Of a DNA stretch of 64,000 bases, positions 38,031 to 53,469 are shown piece after piece. How positions within the stretch are numbered: the stretch's first letter is position 1; every line of letters starts with the position of its first letter. A program made the position numbers and the translations under genes. Source of the stretch: Octopus bimaculoides (taxonomy: Eukaryota); assembly GCF_001194135.2 (NCBI RefSeq), contig NC_068992.1:34259494-34323493 (forward strand). The letters run 5' to 3'. The notes under the pieces are model-generated. The model saw nothing but the letters and a program-made list of their open reading frames with translations, was not told the DNA's origin and made no database searches.

Positions 38031-40854
38031 AAGATTCTATCTATAAACAAACTGAGAAAATATTATTGTGAGTGACCACCCTATTTATACATGAATAGCA
38101 AGCAAATAGAACACTCATCATCACTGAAGATCTCTTCTAGTAAATACAAATCTTCAATATAGCAAAACTGGAAAAAAAAAAAAAATTCCAATGAAATGCT
38201 ACTCACATCTGATAAGGTGTTGCTGCTCCATATACAGTTAACATAGGTCACATAAAATGTCTCCTCAACTGATTGGTATGAAACCAATGATGCCACCCGC
38301 CTCTAAACTCTGGTTATACCTAAATTCACACTTATTCACATTTGGTTAAATTACTCCAACACTTGACTGGTACTTTACTTGGTCAACTTCAGAAAAATGA
38401 AAGTGAAAGTGACCAGAGAGGATTTGAATTCAGAATATAAAGAGTTGGAATAAATACTGCAAGATATTGTCTCTGATGCTCCAATAACTGCATCAACCCA
38501 CTGCCCTTAGGACAAAACTAATAATAAAATGTATTTAGTCTTGCACTCTACTATCCCTGCTGCCTTTCACAAACAATTATAATGCCAAGGTTTTTAATGT
38601 AAGCATAAAGCCATTAATTGTGAAGGGAAGTAGAGTTGCTCAATTTGAACTCAGTATTTTACTGATACTTATTTTATCAATCCTGAATGAATAAAGAACA
38701 AAGTTGATCTCCGTAGATGAATTAAGAAACAAACAAAATCTAAAGGGACATATCTAAATACTGCAAGGTATCTTATCTGGTTCTCCACTCTTTTCTCACT
38801 CTTCTGGTAGCATCAGTTAATCTTCCCATAGTGGCAGCTGCTTCTCAAATCATCAATAATTGATTAGCAATTTTCTGTCCCCCACACTCTCTCTCTCTCT
38901 CTCTTACACACATACTCTGTCCAATATCCAAACATGCACTCTCACACCATCCTCCTTCTACCCACACAGCTTTACCCCACACACATAATGCCATATTTAT
39001 AGCAATATTTTGTCATTTTTTTTTTGCTTTTAACATAATACACTCACACACCTCATATGTTCTATTAAACTGATATAACATGCACTTACGCATATGTTAT
39101 TATATCAATGGTGGTAGACTCTCTTCTACCTCTTACTTCTTCTCCTCTTACACACATTCTCCACTCTCTCACACCGTACCTCTCAACTCAAGCACCTAAT
39201 ATCTTTAGAACACAACCACATTCACTCACTGCCCAGCATACACTTCTCTGCCAGAAACCACTTACCCTCATCCACTTCTCTACTTCTTTTCCACTATTAT
39301 TTACCATGCTGTTTCTGTAAAACACACACACCCTTTTGTTCTTCAGCTAATTTTATTTCCTCTAATTCACTATCAATTTAACTTTCCAAATGACAAATTG
39401 TGCAAAACATTGCTATCTCTTTCTTTCCTCTACAGTGTAATATATTCACTTTGTAAATGTCCAATTTTTTTTCATATTTCTAATATTTTTTTGATCATAT
39501 TTTGCCTTCTGGCTAGAGATTTCACCTTCAGATTACATGGAGACTGGATTTCTGATAACCATCATAGCCTGTCCTTATTTTTATTGATCCACTGTCAGCT
39601 TCTATGCAGTTACTTGGCTCATTAATTGTAAGAGACAACCCTTTTTTAATAAACTCCTCTCATCTTGAGAATATAGGTTTTATAATTAATAAGTGCTACA
39701 TGTTCCTCAGAAATAGCAAGCAAATATCTAGTCTTATCTATTACCAAAAACTTAAAGAATGATTATTTTGTAGTTAAGTGGTTAATGATTGGAAGGTATT
39801 GTTTTTGTAAAAATGTTTTTTTAATGTTTTTTTTCTAGAGGAGAGTATATGACAATGATCTTAGGACCTCCTATACCAATGGATGAATGTTGATTTTCAT
39901 GTTTGACGACTGGTTGTAGGAAAAATACTAAAAAAAGGAATACTAAAAAAATAGCCTTCTATAGAGGAAGGAATAGATAATATGGTTAGTCTGGAGCCTT
40001 TTTCTTTTTATTACATATTCACTGCCTTGATCCTTAATCCTTGATACAAGGGCCTCTGAAAATGGTGGGATGGAGATGGAAACATCCTCAAAATGCAGGT
40101 CTTAACTGAATGATTGCACAGAATGGATTTCACTAAAGGAACCCAAGTTAGTGGTGTTAAATTGGGAGAGGTATAAAATCTACCACACATGTAACCCATG
40201 GTGGTGCTGGAACTCAGAATGCAATCAGTCAGAACAGAAACAGAAAGGCATCCTGTCCACTGCTCTTACAACCCTGCTACTTCATTGTTCTTGACTGTAC
40301 ATTGTTTATCAACCCCAGAAAGAGGAAAGGCAAAGCTGAGAGTAATGCGTAAAAATTCAGAATAAATATTGTATAACATTTCAATGAACATTTTAAGGAC
40401 TCTACCTGAGGAGTGGGAGGTACAATGTGGTTTAGAAGAGAGATGAAAAACAAGTGAGTTGGGTAGATGTGGGTGCAGCTAGCATAAAACCAATTTACTC
40501 TCATGCGTAATAACAGCTGTAGCTGAAGTAAAATGAAAAGAAGGAACAAATAGTAGAGCTAGTGGTGATTTTTTTTAGCCATAACTCAGCTCTGATCAAG
40601 CAGATTACATTCAATCCAGCTGTGACCAACTCACCATGTCTTCATAAGTTATATTTCAAACTGTATTATCTAAACTGTCCTCTATTTTAAGGAGAGGAGG
40701 ACCTTTGACCAGTTTGAGGAAGGTCTTGTAAATTACAGAGAGACCACAAAAGCACTTTCTTATTAACACATGGTCTGCATGAGTAGGGATCGCTGGCATT
40801 AAACAACAACAGTAATAAAATCTAGCATTCTGTTCTTTCACTTTTCCTCCTCCT

Positions 40855-40888
<34 letters not shown>

Positions 40889-40895
40889 GCTGCTG

Positions 40896-40956
<61 letters not shown>

Positions 40957-41084
40957 CGCTGCTGCTGCTGCCGTCACCCTCGCTGCTGCCNNNNNNNNNN
41001 NNNNNNNNNNNNNNNNNNNNNNNNNNNNNNNNNNNNNNNNNNNNNNNNNACCACCACCACCACCACCACCACTACTACTACCAT

Positions 41085-41138
<54 letters not shown>
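40855..41138. repeat. Compound trinucleotide microsatellite (TAC)n/(TGC)n/(CAC)n
   Basis: Directly visible; gap at 40991-41049. Confidence 0.95.
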
Positions 41139-44100
41139 AGAGATCAATACTATAATAGTATTTTATTATTCACTATATGATGGGCAAATGATAAATGTAA
41201 GTTGTGTTAAGCATAATTAGCCATTGTTAGTCGCATGTATTAGAGTACCATCAGAGAATAGAAATTATACCTACTTCTGTGTCACAAAACTCACACAAGG
41301 AGAGATAGTTGCAATTTGAAAGAGATAGTTACAATTTATAAAACATAGGTGTGTTATAATTTGATTCACAAAGAGTGGCAATTCAATGATATGGTCTCAA
41401 ACCCATCTCAATTTTAATATTCTGTGTAAGACCACATCTACTCAGACAGATTGATGCAACAAAGTTTGAACAATCTTTGAATTGTTGGTGTACTACTGCT
41501 CCCATTGCATAGATGATCATTCAAGATTGCATCAACAAAATGTTTACTTTTCGATTGACATGTATCACCCATTAACGCATCACACTCACTGGACTTACAT
41601 ATGTGCCATTTCTTACATACATGGTTCTATCTTTGAGGGAAGCTAACTGTTACTCCTACATCCAAGCCCATCTGATTCACTTGTTTTTCCTATTAATACT
41701 GTTGATATTTTCTGAGATTTTCAGATCTGTTTTAGCTGACATTATTAATCATGATGAGCATACAGTAAAATACAAGAAATAACTGAATAGTTAGTTATAA
41801 GTATGAAAATAAGAATTCATAAGAAATATACAAAACTGATCAAGCAATCATATGGGAGAAGAACATGTTTCTTTTAAATTACATAAACCATTACATTAAA
41901 ATGAATGCTATATTAATGTCACCATATTATCAATAAATATAGATTAGAGGAATCTGCTAAAGTGTTTAGTTTTTCTTCCTCTATCATTAGTCTACTAGTT
42001 CCTCATACTACATTTGGCTCATTCTTCATTCTTTTTTGGACTGAATAAACCATAGTTATTGTAAACTCACAACATTCCTTTTTCTAATGAGTATAAGTTA
42101 TAGAAATGCATGTCACTGGTCCAAAAAATTAATAGATAAATTAAAACCCCAGTCGCTTGAATTTTTTTCTTTTTAATTCATTAGGAATGAACTTATTTGA
42201 AAGATTCTGATGTCAAATGTTATTTAACATTGTAATTATCAATCTGAGATGGAAAAGTGAAACAGGCCCTTTGACGGAAATACATTACAATTATACATGT
42301 TTTACATATCTCATTACTTTTTCTTACCCTAAAATAAATGTATAAAATTACTGCTTAACTTCTATCCCACAAATGGCAAAGTTAACATATAAACAAAATA
42401 ATTGTTATATTGAAAAATTAAACACTGGATGTTTTAGGAAAGAGATCAAGGGAGTGACTTTCATTTCTTTATAAAGGATGTTTTCAATGTAAACGGAGGG
42501 AAATTAATCCAAATGGAACCAAAAGATTTAATTTTGGTTTGCCAAGTCTTCAACTTTCCAGTTTTAAGAGGGAAGAACTTAGATTAATGAAGAGTAGCCT
42601 GTTGGGTAATTGAAGTGAAATGAAAAACCTAAAACTAAATATGAAACCAGGTGGCAGTCTCAGCTCTAAAGAAGCATACCACTACTTCCACTACTTCCAT
42701 GTGCTTCACAATTACATCACAGAACTGCCTCGTTAAATGTTCTAAACACTGAAGCAATATTTTAGTTCTCAGAGGGATAGGTACCAAAGAAAAAGAGGTA
42801 ATCTTCCAGAAAGATAACACAACAATCTGGTTCTAATTCTCAGTGAAAGCTTTTAGATTTTGTTTATATTGTTAATGTCTCTGAAGGAGCTTGAATAACT
42901 CATCACAATTTCTGATTTCTCTTACCTCAAAAGTGTAGAACTTTTGACCCTAATCAAAACAAACCAATATATAACTTTCTACATGACATAGTGGGAGATA
43001 TGAATCCGGTGTTTCTACTTAGTATTCATCACTGACAATAACATGAAAAGAGGAAATGGTTTATCTAGGAAGATAACTTATCATAATCTAAATCTGATTT
43101 TTGCATTAAACCATTTATATAATCAACTATAAATATTCTGCTGAATTCTGAAATCATTTGAAGAATCCTTGCCAAAATGAAAGCTATTGTTACCTTACTA
43201 TTCCTTTTTAATGTATAAGAAAAGAATTTTGTCCTGCTTACATTGTTTTACCAAAGTTGTGAAGGGAATTATTTAAAATATATTACTTGGATACAAAACC
43301 TATGTTGATAAACCAGTTGACTTATTTATATCACATATTGAATATGAAGAAAATGAAAATGTTATATTATCCTTCAAATCATAAATTCCTTTAATGTTTC
43401 TATTCTTCTTCTAATATTTTCCCTTCAATGTTGCATCTTAATCTGATGAAAACATCTATTTATTCCATTAATTTCCAACTGTTCTCTTGTCGAAGGAGTT
43501 CAATGGTTTTCACACAACTTTCAGTATTCTCTCATCCTGTTTTCTTGTTGCTTTTACAATAGCGGCAGCAAGAATAACACCAACTGACACTACAACCACC
43601 ATCATCACCATCATCGCCATCATCACCATCATCACCATCATATTTTCAATGATACATTTGCTTTCCATGGAATACTCCATTTCTCTCATTATCTATTCTT
43701 ATTTTTCCTTCCCTTCATTTCTCTTCCATTCTTACAATTAAACGACTGTTTCCTTTTTCTTGATCATGCTGTTGTTGTTAAGATAAACTCATTCTAACAT
43801 ATCTTTTCGATTCTTCATGTTGCTTGCTGTTTTATGATCTTATCTTATTCACTATTGCTGCTAAACTAGTTTTATTATATCTTCTTATGTTTTCTTCCTT
43901 TTTTTCAATTCTGTTTATTTATTATATTTTTTTATCCTCAACTCTATATTCTCTGAATACCAGAATATCTTTGGCCAGATATAATCTCATCCATCTTACA
44001 TTTCAAGTTGTTTTCTTTTTTTCTTTTTCCTTTCCTACTTTTCCCTTCATTTGTTTATAATACTTTTCCTGCTGGTCATTCTTTATTGTCAATGTAAGTC

Positions 44101-44569
44101 TTTGAATGTTTAGCTTTTCTCTGTACTCTTCTTAACAATAAAATTTATTGACTGTGCTAACCAAGTATTTGCACTTGTTCATGCTTCCTACTGATAAGTA
44201 TAGCCTTACTTATTGTTTGATATATTCAAAATCTAGAGGTTAGATTTAAAACACAATTGCCAGGATTTAGTGTTTTATTTTCTACACTATACTCCTTTTT
44301 GTTATAGTGATATCTAAAAGTATATATGTGTATGTACATAAATATATGTATGTATGTATATATATGTATGTATATATGTAAGTATGCATGAATACATGCG
44401 TGATTGCATTGTTTCAATTTTTCTTTTATTTGTTTATTAGAATTCTTCCTTGAAGGAGGGAATTACGTTTTAACAAAGAAACAAAAGCTTCGGCACTGGA
44501 ATTTAGATAACAATAATAATTGTTATATATCAGACTTTAAGAAACTTTTACATATTTTTAGTTTCGTTT

Positions 44570-46950
44570 ATGGATTGCATTTGTAGTAAGACCACATAAA
44601 CCAATCTCTTGCTTTACTTCCTGATGGCCTATCATTTCCAGATTGTCACTTAGATATTTTTTAACATATCCAAGTGCACCGAGATTATTGGTATAAATGT
44701 AAATTCATAATTAGGGTACAGGAGCTGCATGTTTCAAAGCAGTTATCCATAAATAGAGAACTTGTCATGGATTTTGGAAGAGATGTTCACATCTGAAGGG
44801 CAGCTAACCTCTATGACTGCAGATGATATTTCTTTCCTTTCCAAATAACTAACACAGGTCTGTTATGCTTGCACTTGACAGAAATTTTAACGAGAATGCC
44901 ACACCAACATTGATAAGTATGGATCATAGAAAAGGTATTGTTTATTTTTATCCTAGACCAGTCTTTTCTGCAAATTGCACTGATTATTGCTTAGTAACTA
45001 CATCACATCACACTGGGAAGTAGTACCTAGATGACATTTTTGGGCAGCTACTGAATGCATGTGATATGTTGTCCACAAACAAATAACTTAATCAACAGTT
45101 GCAGTTGCATCTTGACATTTTAAAAGCTTTATTGTCCCATTTGCCCATAGGATTTGCTCTTGGATTGCAAAATCATAGCCTTTCAGTATGTAACATGATG
45201 TAGCAGTCATGAGTTCAAGATAGGCTACTTTTCGTGATAATGTCATCCTTTCTGAATTTATGGGAAACATATCCATGTATAACATATTTGTGGTATGCAA
45301 AGTATTTCCCTTCCAGGTTTTTGCCGAGATATACAAGCCCTGCATTTCTGGGCTTCTATTGATGGCCATCAGGAAGTGAGATTTTCTTGAGAATTTCACT
45401 ATCAACCCACTGTATGTTATTCACTTTAGTTTTGAGTACTTGGTTGATGTATGTATTTTTGCTGCCATAGTTTAACAAGTATACAATGGAACTTGTTTGA
45501 ATGGCATTTAAAAGCTGTCTGTACTGATTTTAAGCTTCTTCCTCTGTTTTTTCTTGAGATAATTGGCTAGTATTCCTGTTGCTGGGTAAATTTGTAGCTG
45601 ACGTCAGGATCTTGCAAATTTTAATGTCTATGGGATGGATTTCCTCTCTTGATCAGCTGAGTATCCCAAATGTTGATATCAGTATACCTAGTACAAATGC
45701 AATATGGGATGTTGTCTTGTTATAAGAAGAAATCTCTGACTATTGTACTTCTGAAGTTTGGTGTTATATTCTCTGATCTCTCTATTTTTGTTCTCGGTAT
45801 AATTGTTTGATATATTTTTATCAATACCAAGGTGGTTGTAGCACTCATTTTGAGGAACACAGAAGATAGAAAGACTAGTGATGCAAAGATTTTATGTTTG
45901 GGGAACAGTTTTTCCACATTAACTGTAAAATTTGAACATACTTATTTTTTTACCAAAATCCATCCCTCTATACTGTAATTAAATCCAGCTGTTGTTCAGT
46001 ATTGTAAATATTTCAGGCATAGATCTTTATCATCCACAAAGTAATCATGGGTAATATTAGTGCTTCTTGCTGCAGGAGATCCTATGACATAGTGAATTTT
46101 CGTAGATTTTGGTCCAAAGTAAAACAGAAGCATGGATAGACTGTCATCATGGACTATTTCAGTTGAATTATTTATAACATCGGAGACAATAATTTCATTT
46201 ATGTTCGCAAGTGTGAGGATTGTGGACCAGGTCTTCATAAGCCTTTCGGTAGCAGCAAAAAAAGCAGCACATATGTTTACCAGCTATAGGGACTTTGGTA
46301 GCCATGTGTGGAGTATGGAATCACATGACATTTTGTAATCAAGCCATACAGTCAAAGAATTTCTGCAGATATTTCTTCCTTCAGACTACAATTTTTCTTA
46401 TCAAAGATTGTTCTGTACATCCTCATGCTCCTTACTTTCCATTTGCCTGCTCATCATTAGACTCACAATGGTCTTAAATGCATGTATGTGTAACAGGATT
46501 GGAACTCGTGACTGCCACATCTGAATTTCAAATCTCTTGTCAACCATGGTTTGATATGCGCAATTTGTCCAATCAACAGCTGTTGTTCATGTGATAGCTT
46601 TCCTAGCTCACCAAGAAACTTTTACAAACATAATCTATAAATGCAGTCGTAAAAGGTACCAATTTTACAGAGTGTTAAGATGTCTGAGCCAGTATGACAT
46701 TCTCTACTGTTGCCAATTTCAAAGTGTCTTGGGTCCAGCTTCAAATTGCATAGTCTCCCAAGCAGTTTTAATGGCTGCATATTCAGACAAGGATATCGAA
46801 GTAGCAGAAATGATATCACACCTGTATATTTGCTTAATATGTTAAAACCAGCCCACGAGTTAAACTCCAAACAGATATTTTCGTTGCATGTCATATTATG
46901 CTATTTCCACTTTACTGCTTCTATGTATTAATCGTAATGCATGAACATCT
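44570..46950 (-). mobile_element. Decayed R4/Dong-clade LINE (RT, CCHC, REL)
   Basis: Minus strand in order: RHLNTL*NW, RKAYE, ITHDYFVDD (about 46040), GRSLKSVQTAF-like block, WKGNTLH, FAIQEQ, HAFSSCPKMSSRYY, KCKHNRPVLVIW..IEVSCPSDVNISSKI..LLYPNYEFTFIPII. Confidence 0.88.
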
Positions 46951-47189
46951 TTTCATACTAGTGTAGTACAACAAATCATGTTAACATGTTTGCTTGGTGT
47001 TGTGAAATTGCTACACAAACTTTTCTGTTGGCCATTCAATACACTCCAGCAAATGTGGCTCACAAACACCCCCAGCAATCATTAATGGCAGTCAATACAA
47101 GCAACAACAGATTCATTGGAAAGAAATATGATAACTTGGTTTTATATGGGAACAACATGCAGCCTAAAAAATATCCAATTACCCATCAA

Positions 47190-47440
47190 ATGACCAAAGC
47201 CTTGTGAGTGGATTTGGAAGACAGAAACTGAAAGAATTGAGTCTGTGTTTGTCACCCCACCATCACTTGACAACCAGTATTGGTGTATTTACATACTCAT
47301 AACTTAGCAGTTCAGCCAAAGATCGATAGAATAAGTACCAGGCTTACAAAGAATAAGTCCTAGGGTTGATTTCTTTGACTAAAAGGTGGTGCTCCAACAT
47401 AGCCACAGTCATATAACTGAAACAAATAAAAGAATAAAAG
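47190..47440 (+). mobile_element. Family B SINE, 5'-truncated
   Basis: ACCAAAGCCTTGTGAGTGGATTTGG..GATAGAATAAGTACCAGGCTTACAAAGAATAAGTCC. Confidence 0.8.
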
Positions 47441-49695
47441 AATAATATATATATATATCCTTACATACATTAATGTATTTGTATGTATATATCTATGCAT
47501 ATATATATATATATATATTCATTGAGAGAGAGAGAGAGAAATTTTGGAAACTTGACTTTTGAGTCACTTTGTTTGTGTGTGTGTGTATGTGGGTGTGTGT
47601 GTATGTGTGTGGGTGTGCGTGTGCGCATGCGCGCGTGTGCATGTGTACGTGTGTGTGTGTGTACTCACACACACACGTACACACACCAGGCAGTGGCTCT
47701 CCTGGCTTCTGATCATAACTGATTGGAAGTGACATCATGTATGTGTTTTGTTTTGGTATAAAAGATGAGCTACAACAAATATTCTGCTCAATTCACAAAT
47801 TTGCTTGTCAATTGTTTTACCTTAACCATTTAGGCATGCCCCTTAGTGACTGATAGTATGTGCATCTCTGACCATGGGCAGGAGTAGTGAGAGATAGTGA
47901 GAGAACATAATAGCCATGTGTTGAGAGGAATTCTTTGGGGTTTGAATAATTCACCTCTGGAAACATGGGTGATTCATTCATAATCATTAAACAACACTTA
48001 TTCAGGAATCTTTTGAGTGGAAGAAGCTACTCATCCTCAAGAAAATTCTAACTAGGCCACACCTGCAAGGTCATGTGCTATTTATCTTTACATGAAGTCA
48101 CCATGTCACATTCATGTGGTTGTGATATATGAGCCTGGTGTACCTTTGTGAGATAGGTAGCTATGTTGGGTATCCCAGTGAAGCATTAGAGACAATGCAG
48201 ACAGTGGATCATGGGAAGGAATGAAAAAGTGGATACTTCCATGAGAGTGTGAGATTAAAGATGGGGTAGTGATAACTATATTGAGTGATGAACAAGGGTG
48301 GAGGAGCAGTTGAAAAGAAATATCAGTATGGAGAGGAGTAAGGTGAAAATATAGGAGTGGCTCAAGAAGGAGAATAGAATATATGATTAGCTTAGGAAGT
48401 GGAAGTTTTGTAGCTAGCAGATGAAAATGAACTGATATGGGATAAAAATCATCTCTTAAAAGTCTACAAAAGAACCCATATAAAATTTAGTAGAAGTTTG
48501 CTGTCTATCATATACAGTGCATATATATACTTCATTATACTTCAAAGAGTAGCTATTCAATTAGAATTTACCAGGCATTCTGCAGTCATATTCCTTTATA
48601 TCTTGTATTAAATATTAAGTATCATTAGTCACTTTATTGTATGGTCTCATTATTTTTAATAATACTAGTGTTAATATTATAAGCACCTACAAGAAAAGCA
48701 AGTGAATCAGAAATAGTGATAACATTAATAGTTTCAGGGTAGGAGGTATTGTTACATACATATTCATTATCATAATTTCTACCTTTAAAATTTGAGACCC
48801 ATTTTAATGGGGTAACATTGTTGGAGTTTTATGTTATCAGTGATGTATGTGCTCTTACTGACACTATCAAAATAATTTGTTTATCATTACACCATCCAGC
48901 TTTTATCACTAGCCACTGTCTTTTGTTTTTTTGCCATGCTTGTATATGTGGGTAATCTTTCTCAACACTGCTTGTTGCAAATCATCACAGTCCTTTGCCA
49001 TATTCTCTATGAACCTCATGTCATGTTGTACTTATGCTGCAGTAGATGAAAATAATAATTAGTCATTGCATAATACTGTTATTTTCTTCCTCACTGCGAA
49101 ATTACTCCCTATATTAAATATGTTGGTAAAGAATATTGCTGGTTCCTTTTTAATTGAAGGAGGCCTGTTCTGTACTGCACTACGTCCTAGCTATTAGTTG
49201 TTGTGACATGCTTCCTTTCCTGATGGGTGCTCTGCACTATGTTTTAAATTAAAGTACCTAGCTGCTATTGGTACAAATAAATTTCAATGTAATTCTTTTT
49301 TCTATATTTTGCTTTTGAGTCTTGGCATCATGTTGTTGAGGAAAAAGAAAATGGTAGTAGTCTTCACAAATATACCGCTTTCAAAAGTCAATGAAAAAAC
49401 ATGTGTGTATGACACTAAACCTGAACAATCTAAAGAATTATATGGATAAAAGCTGAAAGCAAATTTTCAAAATATAGTACTGTGAAGGAAAAAGGATTGA
49501 AAACAAGCACTATATCACATTAAATTTGAATATCTGAATTATAGGAAGAAACATAAAAAGAGAGGGAGAGAGATAGAGAGAGAGAGAGACAATAGAGTGT
49601 AATGAAAATGTCAAAGCAATTTTCGTACGTGCCAACATTTAACAAACTGAAGTAAATTGATATCTCAGAAAACTACAATACATTGACAAATTATA

Positions 49696-49752
<57 letters not shown>

Positions 49753-51649
49753 AACACACGCACAAAACACACGCACACATACACACACACACAAAACACA
49801 CATACACATATACAGACACACACACACGTATGTGCATGTGTGTGTGTGAGTAAAGTTATGCATGTATATAAGTAAAGTTATAACTTCAATTGAAATAGTT
49901 TCTGTGCATTGCAAAAATATGTATTAAAGAAAATGTTAAAAACATGAAAAAATATTACATACCACACCAATTTTGAACAAATCTTAATTAGAGAAATAAC
50001 ATGTGAAAAGGAAAATATAAAACTGAAATAGCATCTCAGTATTAAAAATAAATATAAAATCATCAAAAACTGCCTATATGTAATATGTTTTGCTGCATAA
50101 ATCAATGTATGGCCTGATTCAGCAAGAATATATTTATACTACACATACAAAACCTCACATTAAGGATTGGATCCAACACACTATACTTGGCTACAATTTT
50201 CTATTTAATATTTGTTAGCAAAAACATGTGCACAGAAAAATTACATATTTCATAATACTTACTATCAACTTCTATTTCTTGTAAATAAAGCAGGAATTTT
50301 GCCCATTCATTAACAAACTTTATGCAATCACTTATACTACAAGAATTAGTAACCAAGTTTCTTCTATATTCCACTGTACCATATAAAATAGTCCTAGATA
50401 CAAAATGCTTGAAACAAATATTGTAGCTGTTTGGTCAAATCAAAAATTACTGCTATAAGAGGGTAAAGAGTAACAGTATCAGTAGAGGGGTGGGCAGACT
50501 CCTTGCTAATAAGTATTCAGTTATAGTTCCATAAGTTTCTGAGTTCAAATCCTGCTAGAGTCAACAATGACTTCTAGGCCTCCTGAGTCAATAAAATAAA
50601 ATGCCAATGAAGGACTGTAGTCAGTCTTAATAACTTTTACTCTTCTCCAATTATCGGTGGAAATTATAATATAAATCACATTCTCCACTTCATTACCTTA
50701 TAACTTACATTTACCTAATTTTTCTGACAATATATGTTTGTTTTCACTGAATAGAAGGGGTTGGTTCTGGGTTGCATGTTCTAGGATTTCAATTTTATAT
50801 TTTGGATCCCCTTTTTCAGGTTTTCCAGAAAATCTGAACAGATTCTATATTTCCTTCAGCTAGTCATGTAGGGTTATATGTTCATATTTGCTTTACTGTT
50901 CTACCATTGCATTTTCTTGGTAGTCACTCTGGTTCTAAATGCTTTATTTAACTAAGTCAATACATTCTGCAACATACTGCATCAACAGTTCTTCACTAAT
51001 TGCTAAATATTTATTGAATGATCTACATCCATTGGCATCATATATTTCAATGCTGATAACCCTTCAACATCCATTCTTTTATTAGATGTATAATTGAACC
51101 ACAAAAGCTCATATATTTCTATCACTGTTGTTAATCTACTTTTCAGCCGAATGAAGGATAACAGTACTGCAGTGTGTCACTGACAGGGTCCTGCTGTTCA
51201 AGGTTGTGATTAAATTTCTGAAATATATGTTGTTTTTCACTGTCATTTTCAACCTTCTTAAACATATCTGTCATACTTATCATCATCATCTTTCCACCTT
51301 AAAACATTATTTAATTCTAGTAAACCCAGATATTTATAGCAGTCACTATCAAAGCCAATGATAGCTGAATATCATGTTATATCACTTTCTACCTCTTCTC
51401 AAATTAACTACCATACATTAACATGTCTAGCAACTATAGTGCACCACTTTTACAAGCATATTCATGCAGTTTTCTCACTTACTAAACAGTTTTAGGGTGT
51501 CCATAAATGAAAGATGGTAATCTCTAGGATTTTCTTTCCAAAGTAGTACCCAACCCTATTTCATGTAATACCATCAACAATATTATCAATAATAAGACAA
51601 AAAAATAAAATAAAGGGCAAATAGGAATCACCAAAAAAAATGCTTTATT

Positions 51650-52180
51650 TCATTTTAACCTATCTCATAAAGATTTGTTTTCCAATGCCACGTGCTAGAA
51701 GCCATGACATTGATGACATTTTCAACAATGTTGTAGGGTACATTATACTCAGGATTTGTTTAAAATCCACCCATGCCATACTCCGGTTGATGTTTCATTT
51801 CTTGCAATTATGCAAGATTGCCTTATCACTCGCAAAGTGATCTTTTGTTCTACACAACTTTTCTATCAGCCTTTTTGATCTGTAGACAAATTTCATTTAC
51901 TAGCAGGAGATGATACATTTGTCTGCAAATATTCTGGGTTAGAGCTTCCACAGCAGATTAAGCTTGCAGTTGGGCAGTAATTTGCTACTGTTGCTTTTTT
52001 ATTCTTATCTTTTATAATGAAAATGGTTTTCCCTTGTCCATTCATATGATACTTTTCTAACAGAAATCAAAATTGTCCTATTTCCACATATAGGTGGGAA
52101 AATTCTTCAACCAGAGCCCTTGGTTTCTATTATGCCCAAGTGTCTTTGAGCTGATATTTTTCTTACTTCTTCTACCACAT
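51650..52180 (-). mobile_element. R4-clade RT N-terminal fragment
   Basis: WLKNFP..WTRGKT-like..VANYCP..LLWKL..IFADK..QKG..DKAILHNCKK..SMAWVDFK. Confidence 0.75.
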
Positions 52181-52652
52181 TCTTTTCAGTTACTGTTTTC
52201 TATATACATTAGGACTGTTCTTAGCCTCATCATAATTATCCTTTTTTATTAACATCCATTTATCTATGCTTGCATTGATCAAATGGAGTTTATTCGGGAA
52301 GATTTTCTATGGTCAGATGCCTTTTCTGTCACCAAACATGAGACCATCTTATAAATAAATCCTGATTGGAGGAAATCACAAATGAATGGAAAAAATTAGC
52401 AATGTAAGTCAAACTTTCTCACCTAAATATAGCAAAGTAAAAGTTATAACCAAATACCTACCTTTACTGATTAACTAGCCCTGAAATCTTGCTGGCAATT
52501 CAAAGGTACTGCCTGAAAGTTACCAACATATTTCAGAAAAATATCATCATCTCAAATGAATATTTCTTTGTCTACCTATTGTAGGCTTTAGTCACAACAA
52601 AAAATATTACAGAAATATTAACCTGTACCTCTAATTGTAATAACTTCATTAG

Positions 52653-52693
52653 AATTTCTGAATGCTGTATCCACCAAAACAGCTGCAAGGGAG
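52653..52693 (+). CDS. Candidate host-gene exon (phase 1 to 0)
   Basis: Strong donor GAG|gtaagc. The acceptor cttcattag has a ctaat branch-like motif upstream and gives (E)FLNAVSTKTAARE. An alternative acceptor at 52584 gives a 109-nt exon in another frame, so the 5' boundary is uncertain. Confidence 0.4.
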
Positions 52694-53469
52694 GTAAGCT
52701 CTGTTCATGTCAACTCCACAAATTATAACCAGTATTTTGTGAACTATGTAGAAGGTATATATCATTATGATTTATGTTGCTAGATTTTAAACAAATCCTA
52801 AGTATAAGGTCCCCTACAGCATTTTATTGACTCTGGAAGGAAAGACATCGTAATTGAAGGTATAAATCCTTACGATTTATACCTTCTGTAATGATTCTCA
52901 TTTGGTGTATGCAGCTGAATACATCAAACACAGCTTGAGTAATGACAGTTGCACAGCAGAAAAATGAACTAAAAGATTCGTTGGGCATAGGTATGATGAA
53001 ACTTGCTGAACATTTTAAATCAAACGATTTTAAATTTGAGAAACATCTGAAAGTACACATTCTCATAAAATATTCATACTCCACTGATCTTTGAGTCCTC
53101 ACAAGATAAAATTATTTGTAAGTTAAAAGTGTATTTAGAGTGATGAACAAAATGACAAAAGTCCGTCACATTTACACAAAACTTTTTAACCAAATGCTCT
53201 TTTGCCTGTCCTCTTTTCTCTTCTTTCTGATTTTATTTTCTCCTTGTTATCAGTTATGAAAAAGCAAAACATTTTGATGTTGTTTTGTCTAGAAAGGAAT
53301 GCAGGATATTCCAGTTCAAATTTTGAATGTACTTCTGTATGTCATCAATTTTTTTTTTGTTTTGAAGTCCCCGAAGAGGAAAGACACACGGTTGATATAC
53401 TGTTCAGTTCAATAAAGAGAGTCAATCTGTATTTGTAACATATACTCTTCTTGGGCATTATTTCATGTC

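Noticed and set aside
38092-38300. Minus-strand gtgagt...ttttccag pair
   Set aside because: The implied intron is only 39 nt and the flanking frames give no recognisable protein.
42300-42960. Possible Tc1 remnant (KEVIFQKDN), and a possible pogo remnant at about 55900-56500
   Set aside because: Only one weak motif each; not enough to call.
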